The notes below the pieces were generated by a model. That model ran no database searches. It worked only from the letters and a program-made list of their open reading frames with translations, and was not told where the DNA came from. From Macrostomum lignano (taxonomy: Eukaryota), in contig NIVC01000825.1 in assembly GCA_002269645.1 (NCBI GenBank), positions 248,001 to 312,000 of the forward strand: a DNA stretch of 64,000 bases. Direction: 5' to 3'. This document shows, piece after piece, positions 11,791-46,300 of the stretch; within the stretch, counting starts at the first letter, position 1, and each line of letters opens with the position of its first letter. Made by a program: the position numbers and the translations under genes.

Positions 11791-14700
11791 TTAGAGCTCA
11801 ATTTCCATGCCGATCTCCAGCAAGTCCGGGTCGCCTTCGGTGAGCACCTCTGGGTGGCGCAAGCTCAGTTCAAACAACTGGCTGCCTAGCATGCCAGGCT
11901 CTGCTGCGGGCTGCTTTTCCAGAGTGGGCTGAATGGCGGATTTGGCTTCGCTGTCTTTGCTCGACTCGTAGGGCAGCATTGGCCACTTGGTCTGGCGCGG
12001 CAGCTCCTGCAGTTGATCTGCCATCATCTGCGGCACCCTGATGATGTTGTTTCGATGCACCAACACTTCCACTGGGCATCCTCATCGAGCTGTTGCAGGC
12101 CTGATCCAGTACGCGACTTCCCCAACCTTCTTGACAACCTTATACATACTCTTGTACAGCTGGTGGAATTTGGGCAGCTCTCCTAGCTCAAGCTTCGGGT
12201 TAGCCAGGCAGACAAGGTTGCCAGGCTACAATTCCACTGGCTTCGGTCGATTCTCGTAGTATTCCTCTCGGCGCTGGATCTCGGCTCGCAGGCATTGTAC
12301 AATTCTCTCTGTCTCAGCCAGTCTCCGGGATGCTTCGCGATGTACTCCGGGAGATCAGCCTATACTTCCAGGCAGTCTAGGGTATTATCAATTGGGTTTT
12401 GATAGGGCACTCCATATATAATGTAATGCGGCGAGAACCCGGTTGTATGGTTGACTGCTGATCGCAGTGCAGTCAAAGTGGCTAGCAGCATCTTGTCCCA
12501 TTGCTGATGGTCCTCTAGAAGACAAGTGAGCACTTTCTTGTCGAATGCCATATACTTCGCAGAAATGCCAGAACTCATGCCATGTGAACTTTTTTCCTTG
12601 ATTGGAGTGAATCCATGCCGGAATTCCAGTGATTGGAAACACTTGTTCCTGCAGGAGAGTTATAATCATCTTGGCCCGCTGATTCTTCATGGCGAAGGCA
12701 AAGGGGTATTTCAATGTAGTGTCAACGTAGGTCAGGATATACTTGTTGCCTTGGTCTGTCGGGCCTCTAGTGGGGCCCAGGATGTCGATTGGGCATCGCC
12801 CATAGATTTCGCAGACTGGGAATGATTGTACGTGTGCAGGTCTGGCAGGAAGCGACATAGTCGGACACTGCCTTGGCCAGGGCAGGTCGCCAGAACCTTT
12901 CGCGCACCTTCGCAATGGTGAGGTCTTGGCCCATGTGTCCGCAGTACGGCAAGCCGCGGAACGATCCGCGCTTTCTCCTCCTCACCAATATCATCAAGAT
13001 GAATAACCAATAGTCCATCGTCTTGGACTTCGAGCTGTTCATAAAACGCTAAGAGATTTTGCTCATCTTGTGTCAAATTCAATCGCTGATTTAACGGCGG
13101 CTTTGGTTGTCGACTTTCGATTAAGTTGATCATCATTGCAATGGCAGAGTCAGCCCAAAGGCGAGTGACTGGCCTGGGGATGTGATCAGTTAAGTTTAAT
13201 GTTTGGCGTTTGTTGGTAGAATTTGTTGGCGTGGCTTCGGCTGTGGCGGCATGGTTCGGGGTCTGGAGCTCCCTCCACATGATTGCTACTCTGACCAATT
13301 GCTGGGCTGTTGATGAATTTGAAGGCCAATCTTCGTCAGTAGTTTCGGCGTCACTGTTGTCAGATTTGGAGTCGTCAGCAGATGTTGATGAGTCAGCAAA
13401 GCTGTCGGCGTCGCTGCTGAATCTCACCCTCTTCTTGAACTTAGGGCAGCAAGCGGGTTGGCAGCAGTCATCTTGGGCTGCACTGTGGTCACTGTCCTCA
13501 TTGCCTTCAGCTAGTAGACGGCGGCTCCTTGACGGGCAACATGTCGTGCTGCTAAAGCTGGTAGGTGACCTCTGGGAGTCCTCGTAATGACTGGCAGATG
13601 GCCTCAGCTTCGTCGCCAGCAGATGCAGCTCTGTCAGCGTCTTGCTGTCGGCTGTCGATGTTGCGGGTGGCATAGTCTCGCCGTTGGACTCAGTTGATTT
13701 TGTCGGCGGCTTTCGTTGGTGACGGCGGGTTGGTCGCTTCTTGCTCGGTGGAGGACTAGGGTGGCTGCTGTCGTGGACCTTCGGCGCCACCGCACCAGTT
13801 ATCGCAGCTGGCTGCTTACTTTGGTCCTCAACTGCGGCCTCATACTGGGCTTCCTCCATGCATTCGGCTTTGTCCTAGGGCCGTCTTGAGAGGCTGTCGG
13901 CATTTTGATGCTGACTTGACTTCCGGTGCTGGATCTCGAACTCGCTAAGGCGCTGTAGCCATCTTCCAAAGATTCCTATTTGTTGAATTCGCCTTAAGAT
14001 CCAGGTTAATGCGGCATGGTCCATTCGGCAAATGAATTTCTTGGCCAGCAGGTAGAAGCAGAAATGTCGCATTCCATCTAGAACTACCAAAAGTTCCTGC
14101 TTTGTAATTGGATAGCAGCCTTCGGCCAGTTTTAGTCGCCAAGAGAAATAACCAATTGGGTGCTCAACCCCATCAGCTTGGCGTTAGCTCAGGCAGGCTC
14201 CGATTCTGGTCGCAGAAGCATCCATGTCCAGGACAAACATTACTTCTGGATTCTCGCTGAACTGTGGATACGCGAGCACTGATGTTGTAGTCATGGCTGC
14301 CTTGAGCTGATCAAACGCATCTTGCTGGGCTTTTCCCTATAGACAGTTGAAGTTTTGGATCTTCTTCTCCTTGATTAGGTCATGGAGCGGAGCTGCAAGT
14401 TCTGCATAGCCAGGTACGAATTTTGCATAATAAGTGCATGTGCAGATAAAACTCTTCAGTTGCCGAGCCATTCTTGGTCTTGGCCAGGTCTGAATTGCCT
14501 AAATCTTAGCTAGGTTGGTCTTGATGCTGTCCTTTGTCACCACATGTCCTAGGTAGTTTAGACTTTCTGGAAATAGATGGCACTTCTTGCCTTTGAACTT
14601 TAAGTTAGCTTCTTGGACTTGCCTAAATACTTCTTCCATATGCTGCAGGTGGTCGTTGAACTTCTTAGAATAAACGATGACGTCATCCAAATATGCAATT

Positions 14701-16050
14701 GCACTTTTGTAGGCAATCCCATTGAGCACATCATTCATAAGCCGCATGAAGCTGGCTCATGCTGAACTTAGTCCCATTGGCATGATGTTATAGGCAAATT
14801 GTCCGCGGTGCAGCGTAGCGAAGGCAGTCAGTCTTGATCCTCTGGAGGCAGAGGGATTTGGTAGTAGCCGCTATTGAGATCGAACGTGCTAAATAGCTGG
14901 CTCCCTTCGAGGCTGGCGAATGCTTCTTGGATGTTAGGAATCGGGTACGGAAAGTACTCACACTTTTGATTCAGACTGCGGAAATCTCATACAATTCTTA
15001 GGCTGCCATCCTTCTTCGGGATGATCACCAGCAGGGTGTTGTAGCTGGAGAAGCTCGGTCTAATCACGCCTTTTGCAAGTAGATCATCAAGAAGCTGGTC
15101 CACCTTGGGCAGCAGATGCGGCGGGATCCTTTGTGTCGGAAGATGCACTGGATTAGTGTCCTTTAGCACAATACTGTGGGTGACCAGGTGAGTTTGGCCG
15201 AGATTGTGTGGCCCCTGGGAGAGGATTTTCTTGTACTTCTTCAATAGCTCGATGACCTGAGTGCGCTGGTCACTGGACAGCTCCTTGCTGATGTCGATCT
15301 CCTTGATCCACGCGTTGGGATTCTCATCCTGCACTTGATTGACACAGGCTTCTGGCTTTGGCAGTGGGAAGAAATATAACTCGGGCAGTCTGATTGGCCT
15401 CGCAATCCCAACTAGGGCATTTGCTTGCACTTTGATTGATGTTGTTCCTCGATTAATCATTTTGATTGCGCCTTCTCCATTGGCCATAGATATTAGGGCA
15501 GGCACAGCATCCAGGTGCTGCACATCTTCCTCGTGCCGAGCCAGTTTCAGCAGCTCGATCACAGCGGGTGTACCCTGGTTTTCTTCTCGCTCTTTTGCTA
15601 GTTTAATCTTGATTTGGGCTGATGATAATGGCGGCACAATTGTGCTCTTAGCCGTTTAAATTCTGCACGTTGTTGCTTTGGCTCGCGTGTAGCAGAGTGG
15701 TATGGTAGTGCCATCCTTGAAGAACAGCATCCCGGCTGCGAGATCTAGAGACTTGCTATACTTTTCCAAGAACTCGAAACCCAGGATGTTGTCATGAGAT
15801 CCCTTCGCTAGCAGAAACTTGACTGTTGGCTCGAAATTACCAATCTTCACCTTGATAGAAAGCTGGCCTGCCATCTGAATAGGTTTGCCATTGTAGGTCA
15901 CAATGCGCTACAGGCAGGGCTCAATTTGGCCACGCAGGGTTGGGTCATTGGTACTTAGTTGGTGCCAGGTGCTGAATCTGAGGACTTCGCACTTGGACCC
16001 GGTGTCAAGCAGAAAAGCAAAATAATGCCCTTGAATCTCACCAGTTAGAA
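11791..16050 (-). pseudogene. Gypsy pol (PR-RT-RNase H-spacer-IN), disrupted
   Basis: FLLDTG at ~16010; PLVIIPKKDGSLR; IAYLDDVIVYS; NADSLSRRP; integrase PIDILGP...ILTYVD...FPITGIPAWIHSNQG. Confidence 0.93.
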
Positions 16051-16199
16051 ATGGATCCCTTTGCGGGCACTTGGGTGCAGATGTCTGTACAGGTGCGGAG
16101 GCAGTCTCAGCAGTGGCCTGCTAAGCGACTAAAGTCCTCGGCAGGGACTTAATTGCTGGCTCAGCTGCTAGATGGCGCTGCCCCCAATGGCGCATCGAG

Positions 16200-17539
16200 C
16201 CGTCCCATTTCCCAAGCTGCCATTGCGCTAGGATGCGGTGCTAGCTGACTGTCGGTGCGGGCACTCATTGGTGCGGTGCTTGCGATTGCATCTGTAACAC
16301 ATGGCACTCTGCCGCTGTTGATAAGGTGGCGGGCGCAAACTCAACTGCGGCTGCCGCTGCTGCTGTTGCTGCTGCTGCTGATGCGGCTGCTGTTGTTGTT
16401 GACATTGACCTCCTGCTGGCAGCGTCCTTGGCAGCAGATTGCTGCCATCTCGCGGTTGCTGAAGTCAATGGAACTGGTCATGTTGCACAATTTGTGTGCC
16501 GGGTGTCATAAATTGGGCGCTTCCGTCAGCGCTGCGGCAAGGAGTCTAAGGTACCAAACATCTGGAGTGTTGGCCCCACAAGTCCCGCGGCTGGTGGTGA
16601 GCTGGTTCCCATGGCTCCGGGGTGTCATTGTCGCGCAACCCCCGCGAGTAGAACTCTCGCATCTCGTTACTCAGAGTCTCCAAAATTCGTCGCTGCTCTT
16701 GCAGGGTCTCGGCTTGTTGTTCCATCACTTCACGCAACCAATTCTCTTTGGGCCAAGATGACTTGGCGTTGTGTTGCACCCCAGTGGGCATCTGACTGTT
16801 GTCATCCTCAAGAACCCGAATGTGTCTCACAGCTGGTGGCGGTGCTACTCGCTGAGCCAGGCTAGCTGCTGTCTCTAGGCATAGCACAGCCCTTCTCGCG
16901 GCGGTCAGACATGGCAGTCAGCTGCTCTTTAGCTGACTAGACAATTTGCACCCCCACGGTGAACTAGTCCACTAGTTCGGCCTGCTTCTGAACCGGGGTG
17001 AAGTGCGGGAATGCTCTATCAGCCAGAGCAATTAGTTGATCTCCGTAGTCGTCAACGCTCTCATTCTTGCCTTGCTGGCAGGACCGGAATTGCTCGCAAT
17101 ACTCCAGTGTGTTGGCCACGTGCGTGAAGCGCTTAGACAATTGCTGTTTGAACTCGTTGAACGTCAGATTGTCTGGCAGCTCCATCTTGACAACTGCGGG
17201 ATAGGTTGTGGTGATGTCCAAGTTTACTAGGACTTCTGCCTTCTTTTGTCTGTCATCCACGATCCCGTTGAGCTCGCAACACTCCTTGAGAGCTTGGATC
17301 CAGACGTCATAGTCCTGGTTTGGGGTGTACTGCTGAATCTTGACCGGTTTTGGCGCTGGAGCTTGGTCAGGCTGTTGGGGCGGCTGATACACGTGGTGAT
17401 GGTGTTGCGGCTGTCCCAAGTTGGCCTGCTCCAGACGCCGTCGCACCTCTTTGGTCACTGCACAGATCATCTTGTCGTATGTCGGTCTCGTCGCTGAATT
17501 GTCGGGGCCTGTGGCGTCGGCTATCGCATCCACGGCCAT
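16200..17539 (-). pseudogene. Gypsy gag, disrupted
   Basis: ORF 17539-16964 has retrotransposon gag motifs (YDVWIQALKECCELNG; QGKNESVDDYGDQLIALADRAF). A CX2CX3HX4C knuckle lies at ~16300-16261. Confidence 0.9.
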
Positions 17540-17579
17540 TGATTATGAATGACTCATCGAATGGGTTTTGGTGTTTTGT

Positions 17580-17599
17580 ATCCTACTTAGCTGACACCA
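17580..17599 (-). promoter_or_regulatory. Primer-binding site, tRNA-Leu-like
   Basis: TGGTGTCAGCTAAGTAGGAT lies 4 nt inside the 5' LTR end and resembles the tRNA-Leu PBS TGGTGTCAGAAGTGGGAT with a 2-nt insertion. Confidence 0.7.
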
Positions 17600-17603
17600 A
17601 TGA

Positions 17604-18671
17604 TGTGGGGGGAAAGATTTAATATTTGAAAGTTAGTAAGTTTGAAAAGTTGGGTTGAAACCAAACGGCGTTGAGTTTGCACAAATTAAATCCAGAAAAT
17701 CGCACAAACAAATCACAACGAATTTTCTCCTTTGTTACTCCGACTGCCAGGTTCCTCAAATCCAAGGGGAGGGTAGTCATAATCGTAGCAGAGTGGTCGT
17801 TAGAGTGGCACAGTAATTCAGATGATAGACACCGTAGATTTTGAATTAGACGTTGAATTTGCTGAATTGCTTACTTTCAGTAGGGTAGAGCTGCCACCAC
17901 CATAATTTACGTATTACGGAACGTTGAAGTCTCAGACTTTCTTTGAGTTGAGAACTTGGTTGTGTTACGCCCCATGGGCAAATGACTTAATATAGACTAA
18001 CAAGGCTTCAGTTAATTGATAAGAAAATTAAACAGCACTTATTAAGGTTTATTAAGTTTAACGGCGAGTAAATTTTAATGGTTGACACATAATGGTATCT
18101 AGTATCTAGTAATTATTAATGTGACAGAGAGCTAAATTTGGAACAGCGAGACTGAACTGGTGTGCTGGGGTGCTAAATTATTACCACAAAATCCAAAGCT
18201 TAATTAATGAACAGATAAACGAAGTTTCCAAAGTACAGAAAGGTAGAAGCAATAGATCGAGAAAGGAAAAGTTAAAAGGGAAAGTGGAAAAGCAAGAGCA
18301 AAAAAGAGAGAGAGCATGGTTGAACACTAAAATTTTGCATACATTAAATATTGAGCCAAATTGTATGGGCATCAATTGGGATAAGCAAAGGCCAACACTG
18401 GGGCCATAACCGGAATTCAACAGTGGTACATTGATTGGCACAACAAAATAATAGACAAAAATTAGACACAAGTAAATGAGAGCATGGGGGTCGGGCCACA
18501 AAGGGGGACCCCAGACGGGAAAGAACAGACCACACAAGGGTGCAACAGCGGGACCAACCAAAGGGGCAAACCCGGGAACCCGGGACTACATCATTTGCAC
18601 CTCATGGTGGACAAAGTGGGCCAAACCCGGGGACAAACACAAAAAACACTGTGGTAGCCTCACCTACCACA
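17604..18671 (-). repeat. 5' LTR (1068 bp, TG...CA)
   Basis: The minus strand starts TGTGGTAGG at 18671 and ends CCCCACA at 17604, followed by the PBS. Confidence 0.95.
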
Positions 18672-18844
18672 ATAACTACGGCTATGGGAATCTACCAAAT
18701 GTGACAGCAACTACCATATTTCCGTAGTGGTAGCCATAAGAGCAGCTAGCTACCGTAGGTGTATCTGTAGCTGCCATAGGCACCTATTGTACCCTATTTG
18801 CCATAGGATCCCGTAGCGGTAGCTATGGCTACAGTGGAACACTA

Positions 18845-19545
18845 TTTCATAATATTTTATGCAAACTAATTTTTGTTTAAACTAGCAGTAAATTTTAGTA
18901 ATTAGAAGCGTTTTTGGCAGAGGAGAGACCAACCTCGCACATTTCGGTTCAATAACAAGACAGTTAATAGCAAATAGTAAGAGTTCCGAGTAAACATTAT
19001 TGAAGATTATTTTCTGAGTTATTCATTTGCAGAAGAGAAGTAAAGTGGCAGAGAACACATACAGTATGTACTACTGAGAAGTGGAAATAGTAAGAGACTT
19101 CAAAGTAGATCCTAAATTGATACATGAAAGAATAACCGGAGGCTGTGACCCTCTGATCTCAGTAATGCCTAGGACTTACAAGTACATGCAATACATATAC
19201 CAGTAGGCCTAAGCCAATATACTGCTTAGGCCAGAATAACAATAAATGCTACCAGAATAACAGAAGAACAATACTTGTAAGGGCTAAATAGTATTCTAAG
19301 AACAATATACTCAGACAAATTCTCAAATATATACTCAGACAACTACTCAAATATATACTCAGACTAATTCCAAGAAACATTTCTCAGACTTATTTTAGGA
19401 TTAATAAACTCATGATTTATTAATAGAATAGTCTTGGTGGCAGCTATCAACATTAGAACAATTTATAAAGACAGAAGTCAAGCCCTGTAACAACTTAGTG
19501 ACAATTGGGGAATCATTTGTAGAGACAGAAGAATCAGCCCTTCGA
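18845..19545. repeat. Unclassified dispersed repeat, copy 1
   Basis: Collinear with 53835-54560; shared blocks include GGAGGCTGTGACCCTCTGATCTC, AATACATATACCAGTA and AATAGAAT..TCTTGGTGGCAGCTA. Confidence 0.8.
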
Positions 19546-20519
19546 TAACTTTGATTGCAGCAGTGGGATAATTTCAGTGAGAGGAAACACGCCTGTTACA
19601 TATATTTTTTACATGTCTGCAAATCAAAGTTCCTATTAAACTAAGTTTTATTAGAGAAATTTTATTATAATGCCTATGTTCTCTATAGTTAGACTATTGT
19701 TTCTTAATAGTTACATTATATTTTCAGAATCTATTATATTAGCTAATTGGCAGGTTCTTTACTGACTTAACCATAAAACTAATACAAACTCACAAAAATC
19801 ATACCTTTAATTTTTTCATTTAAAGCCAACCTAATATCATTAGTGTCATTGTAGTTATTAAAGATAGCTTTGAGTATATATAAACTACTCATTTTTGTAA
19901 CCAACTTGTAATCTTTAAAGCATAGATTAGTAGGGGGCCTAGGAAAACCAAAAAACCTTGAAAAATCTCTGGATGAACTTGGTTAGCCTACAATTAATTA
20001 CTAGGTCTTATACTAGATATTGTAACAAACAAATCAGGCATATCTCTATTATATACTAAATTTTGCTTTCTATATTAAGTGGTTATCCATGAATTTCTAA
20101 TTTTGAAATTCATATTACCCTAAATCATTTTATGTTTTTGGGACTCTATAAATATAAAATTACTATTTAGTCTAATTAGATAGTCTGTATTGCATCACTT
20201 CTAGTTGTTAGTAATATTATTAAAGTATTTTTCTAGGATGTCCACAACCTTCCTATAAATGTTAGTAACAAAAATAAAACTTACTTAATATTGAGAGAAG
20301 CCTGTTATTATTGATTATAAATGTCTTTTTTAAAGAAATTATCTAGTTAGTAAATACCTAGATAGGGTAGATTTTATAACTTATGTTTTTATTTTTAATT
20401 TAAGAGTTGGTTAGTAGGGCATTTAATATTTAAGTTGATTAACCATGCATAACCAGTATAGTATATATAAAACATAAACTATTTCAGCAGGTAAATTTTA
20501 CCAAGGTTACTGGAAAAAA

Positions 20520-42420
<21,901 letters not shown>

Positions 42421-43303
42421 GTCCAGGCAACATCTGAGCTAAAATCAATACCGGTATGACAAGAACGAAGCCCAGTCATCGTTTCGCTGTCAAACTCTTT
42501 GGGGAGAGTCGATAATAACTCCTGCCTTAATTGTATTTTTGGCTACAGTTGAGACTAATTTATGTAATATTCTACTTAGCAGTAGTATGGGGAAATGAAT
42601 TTAAATGATTTCTACGCTAAAGTGAACATAAAAAGCATTATTTCTACTAATAGTAGCATCAAGCAGCACTATTTTTCAATCGAGTCAACTCTGTATTTTG
42701 TTATAATAAACTACTACTATCAGCGGCTATTAATGTTTTTGTCAAGCTGAAAATATTTACTATTTTGCTATTGTGTTTTTACCCAAGCGCAAACCCGATT
42801 GACTACTATTGAACACTGGGCTTTAATTACCAAAGGTCGCATTTTTTATTTAGTTCCAATAGCGCCCCCGCTCTGTGACTCTCTGCGCTCGTGTGTGCGC
42901 GTGCTTGAACTCTTATCCCACCCATTCTCTTCCTATCTTTTTGAGCAGGTTTTTTATAATAAAAACAACTTATTGTAACTTAATTGCGGAGTTCCTCACT
43001 GTCTTGTGGGCGCGTCTATATTAAGCACTAGTTTTGTTGGGTCTGGAGTTAAGGCTATTCGATGCCAGTTTAAACTTTAACCTGTTTGCAATGTTCGAGT
43101 TGACACAGTTGGACCGTCTTCAACAGAATTCAAACTGCTATTTTTCTCGGTTTGTCAATGCCAATTGTTAAGAGAACATTGTGCGTTGGATATTACATTT
43201 CTAATGCAGCCGGTCGCTCGCTTTGTGGTCAAAATTGTCCGCTTTTATCTGCGATTTCAGTTACTTCTTTGTACAGTATTTGGTCTTCAGAAGTAGGCAA
43301 CCA

Positions 43304-46300
43304 CCCTCCCCGATTCTCAGGTCAAGACTGACCTCCAAGATCCTCAGGTTAAGACTAACCTCCCAGATCCTCAGGTTAAGACTAACCTCCCAGATCCTCA
43401 GGTTAAGACTGACCTCCAAGATCCTCAGGTTAAGACTGACCTCCAAGATCCTCAGGTTAAGACTAACCTCCCAGATTCTCAGGTTAAGACTGACCTCCAA
43501 GATCCTCAGGTTAAGACTGACCTCCCAGATCCTCAGGTTAAGACTGACCTCCAAAATCCTCAGGTTAAGACTAACCTCCCAGATCCTCAGGTTAAGACTG
43601 ACCTCCAAGATCCTCAGGTTAAGACTGACCTCCCAGATCCTCAGGTTAAGACTGACCTCCAAGATCCTCAGGTTAAGACTGACCTCCAAGATCCTCAGGT
43701 TAAGACTGACCTCCAAGATCCTCAGGTTAAGACTGACCTCCAAGATCCTCAGGTTAAGACTAACCTCCCAGATCCTCAGGTTAAGACTGACCTCCAAGAT
43801 CCTCAGGTTAAGACTAACCTCCCAGATCCTCAGGTTAAGACTAACCTCCCAGATCCTCAGGTTAAGACTAACCCCCAGATCCTCAGGTTAAGACTAACCC
43901 CCCAGATCCTCAGGTTAAGACTAACCTCTCATATCATCAGGTTAAGACTAACCCCCAGATTCTCAGGTTAAGACTAACCTCCCAGATCCTCAGGTTAAGA
44001 CTAACCTCCCAGATCCTCAGGTTAAGACTAACCTCCCAGATCCTCAGGTTAAGACTAACCCCCCAGATCCTCAGGTTAAGACTAACCTCCCAGATCCTCA
44101 GGTTAAGACTACCCTCCCAGATTCTCAGGTTAAGACTGACCTCCAAGATCCTCAGGTTAAGACTAACCTCCAAGATCCTCAGGTTAAGACTAACCTCCCA
44201 GATCCTCAGGTTAAGACTGACCTCCAAGATCCTCAGGTTAAGACTGACCTCCCAGATCCTCAGGTTAAGACTAACCTCCCAGATCCTCAGGTTAAGACTA
44301 ACCCCCCAGATCCTCAGGTTAAGACTAACCCCCCAGATCCTCAGGTTAAGACTAACCTCTCATATCATCAGGTTAAGACTAACCCCCCAGATTCTCAGGT
44401 TAAGACTAACCTCCAAGATCCTCAGGTTAAGACTAACCTCCAAGATCCTCAGGTTAGGACTAACCTCCCAGATCCTCAGGTTAAGACTAACCTCCCAGAT
44501 TCTCAGGTTAAGACTGACCTCCAAGATCCTCAGGTTAAGACTGACCTCCAAGATCCTCAGGTTAAGACTAACCTCCAAGATCCTCAGGTTAAGACTAACC
44601 TCCCAGATCCTCAGGTTAAGACTAACCTCCCAGATCCTCAGGTTAAGACTGACCTCCAAGATCCTCAGGTTAAGACTAACCTCCCAGATCCTCAGGTTAG
44701 GACTAACCTCCCAGATTCTCAGGTTAAGACTGACCTCCAAGATCCTCAGGTTAAGACTAACCTCCAAGATCCTCAGGTTAAGACTAACCTCCCAGATTCT
44801 CAGGTTAAGACTGACCTCCAAGATCCTCAGGCTAAGACTAACCTCCCAGATTCTCAGGTTAAGACTAACCTCCCAGATCCTCAGGTTAAGACTAACCTCC
44901 CAGATTCTCAGGTTAAGACTGACCTCCCAGATTCTCAGGTTAAGACTGACCTCCCAGATTCTCAGGTTAAGACTGACCTCCCAGATCCTCAGGTTAAGAC
45001 TAACCTCCCAGATTCTCAGGTTAAGACTGACCTCCAAGATCCTCAGGTTAAGACTAACCTCCCAGATTCTCAGGTTAAGACTAACCTCCAAGATCCTCAG
45101 GTTAAGACTAACCTCCCAGATCCTCAGGTTAAGACTAACCTCCCAGATTCTCAGGTTAAGACTAACCTCCAAGATCCTCAGGTTTAGACTAACCTCCCAG
45201 ATCCTCAGGTTAAGACTAACCTCCCAGATCCTCAGGTTAAGACTAACCTCCCAGATCCTCAGGTTAAGACTAACCTCTCAGATCCTCAGGTTAAGACTGA
45301 CCTCCAAGATCCTCAGGTTAAGACTAACCTCCCAGATCCTCAGGTTAAGACTAACCTCCCAGATTCTCAGGTTAAGACTGACCTCCCAGATTCTCAGGTT
45401 AAGACTAACCTCCAAGATCCTCAGGTTAAGACTAACCTCCCAGATCCTCAGGTTAAGACTAACCTCCCAGATTCTCAGGTTAAGACTGACCTCCAAGATC
45501 CTCAGGTTAAGACTAACCTACCAGATTCTCAGGTTAAGACTAACCTCCAAGATCCTCAGGTTAAGACTAACCTCCAAGATCCTCAGGTTAAGACTAACCT
45601 CCCAGATCCTCAGGTTAAGACTAACCTCCCAGATTCTCAGGTTAAGACTGACCTCCAAGATCCTCAGGTTAAGACTAACCTCCCAGATCCTCAGGTTAAG
45701 ACTAACCTCCCAGATTCTCAGGTTAAGACTGACCTCCAAGATCCTCAGGTTAAGACTAACCTCCCAGATCCTCAGGTTAAGACTAACCTCCCAGATCCTC
45801 AGGTTAAGACTAACCTCCCAGATCCTCAGGTTAAGACTGACCTCCAAGATCCTCAGGTTTTTGACTGACCTCCCAGATTCTCAGGTTAAGACTGACCTCC
45901 AAGATCCTCAGGTTAAGACTGACCTCCCAGATCCTCAGGTTAAGACTGACCTCCCAGATTCTCAGGCTAAGACTAACCTCCCAGATCCTCAGGTTAAGAC
46001 TAACCTCCCAGATTCTCAGGTTAAGACTGACCTCCAAGATCCTCAGGTTAAGACTAACCTCCCAGATCCTCAGGTTAAGACTAACCTCCCAGATCCTCAG
46101 GTTAAGACTAACCTCCCAGATCCTCAGGTTAAGACTGACCTCCAAGATCCTCAGGTTAAGACTGACCTCCCAGATTCTCAGGTTAAGACTGACCTCCAAG
46201 ATCCTCAGGTTAAGACTGACCTCCCAGATCCTCAGGTTAAGACTGACCTCCCAGATTCTCAGGTTAAGACTAACCTCCCAGATCCTCAGGTTAAGACTGA

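Larger units (their letters stand above)
6783..18671 (-). mobile_element. Full-length but decayed Ty3/Gypsy LTR retrotransposon
   Basis: Two ~1.07-kb direct LTRs, a PBS, gag with CYRCNRKHRTNEC knuckle, PR (LDTG), RT (YLDD), RNase H and integrase in Gypsy order. Many stops and frameshifts. No perfect TSD seen. Confidence 0.95.

Noticed and set aside
18672-18840. Imperfect inverted CTACGG/CCATAG/CCGTAG motifs next to the 5' LTR as a MITE
   Set aside because: I could not define termini or a TSD.
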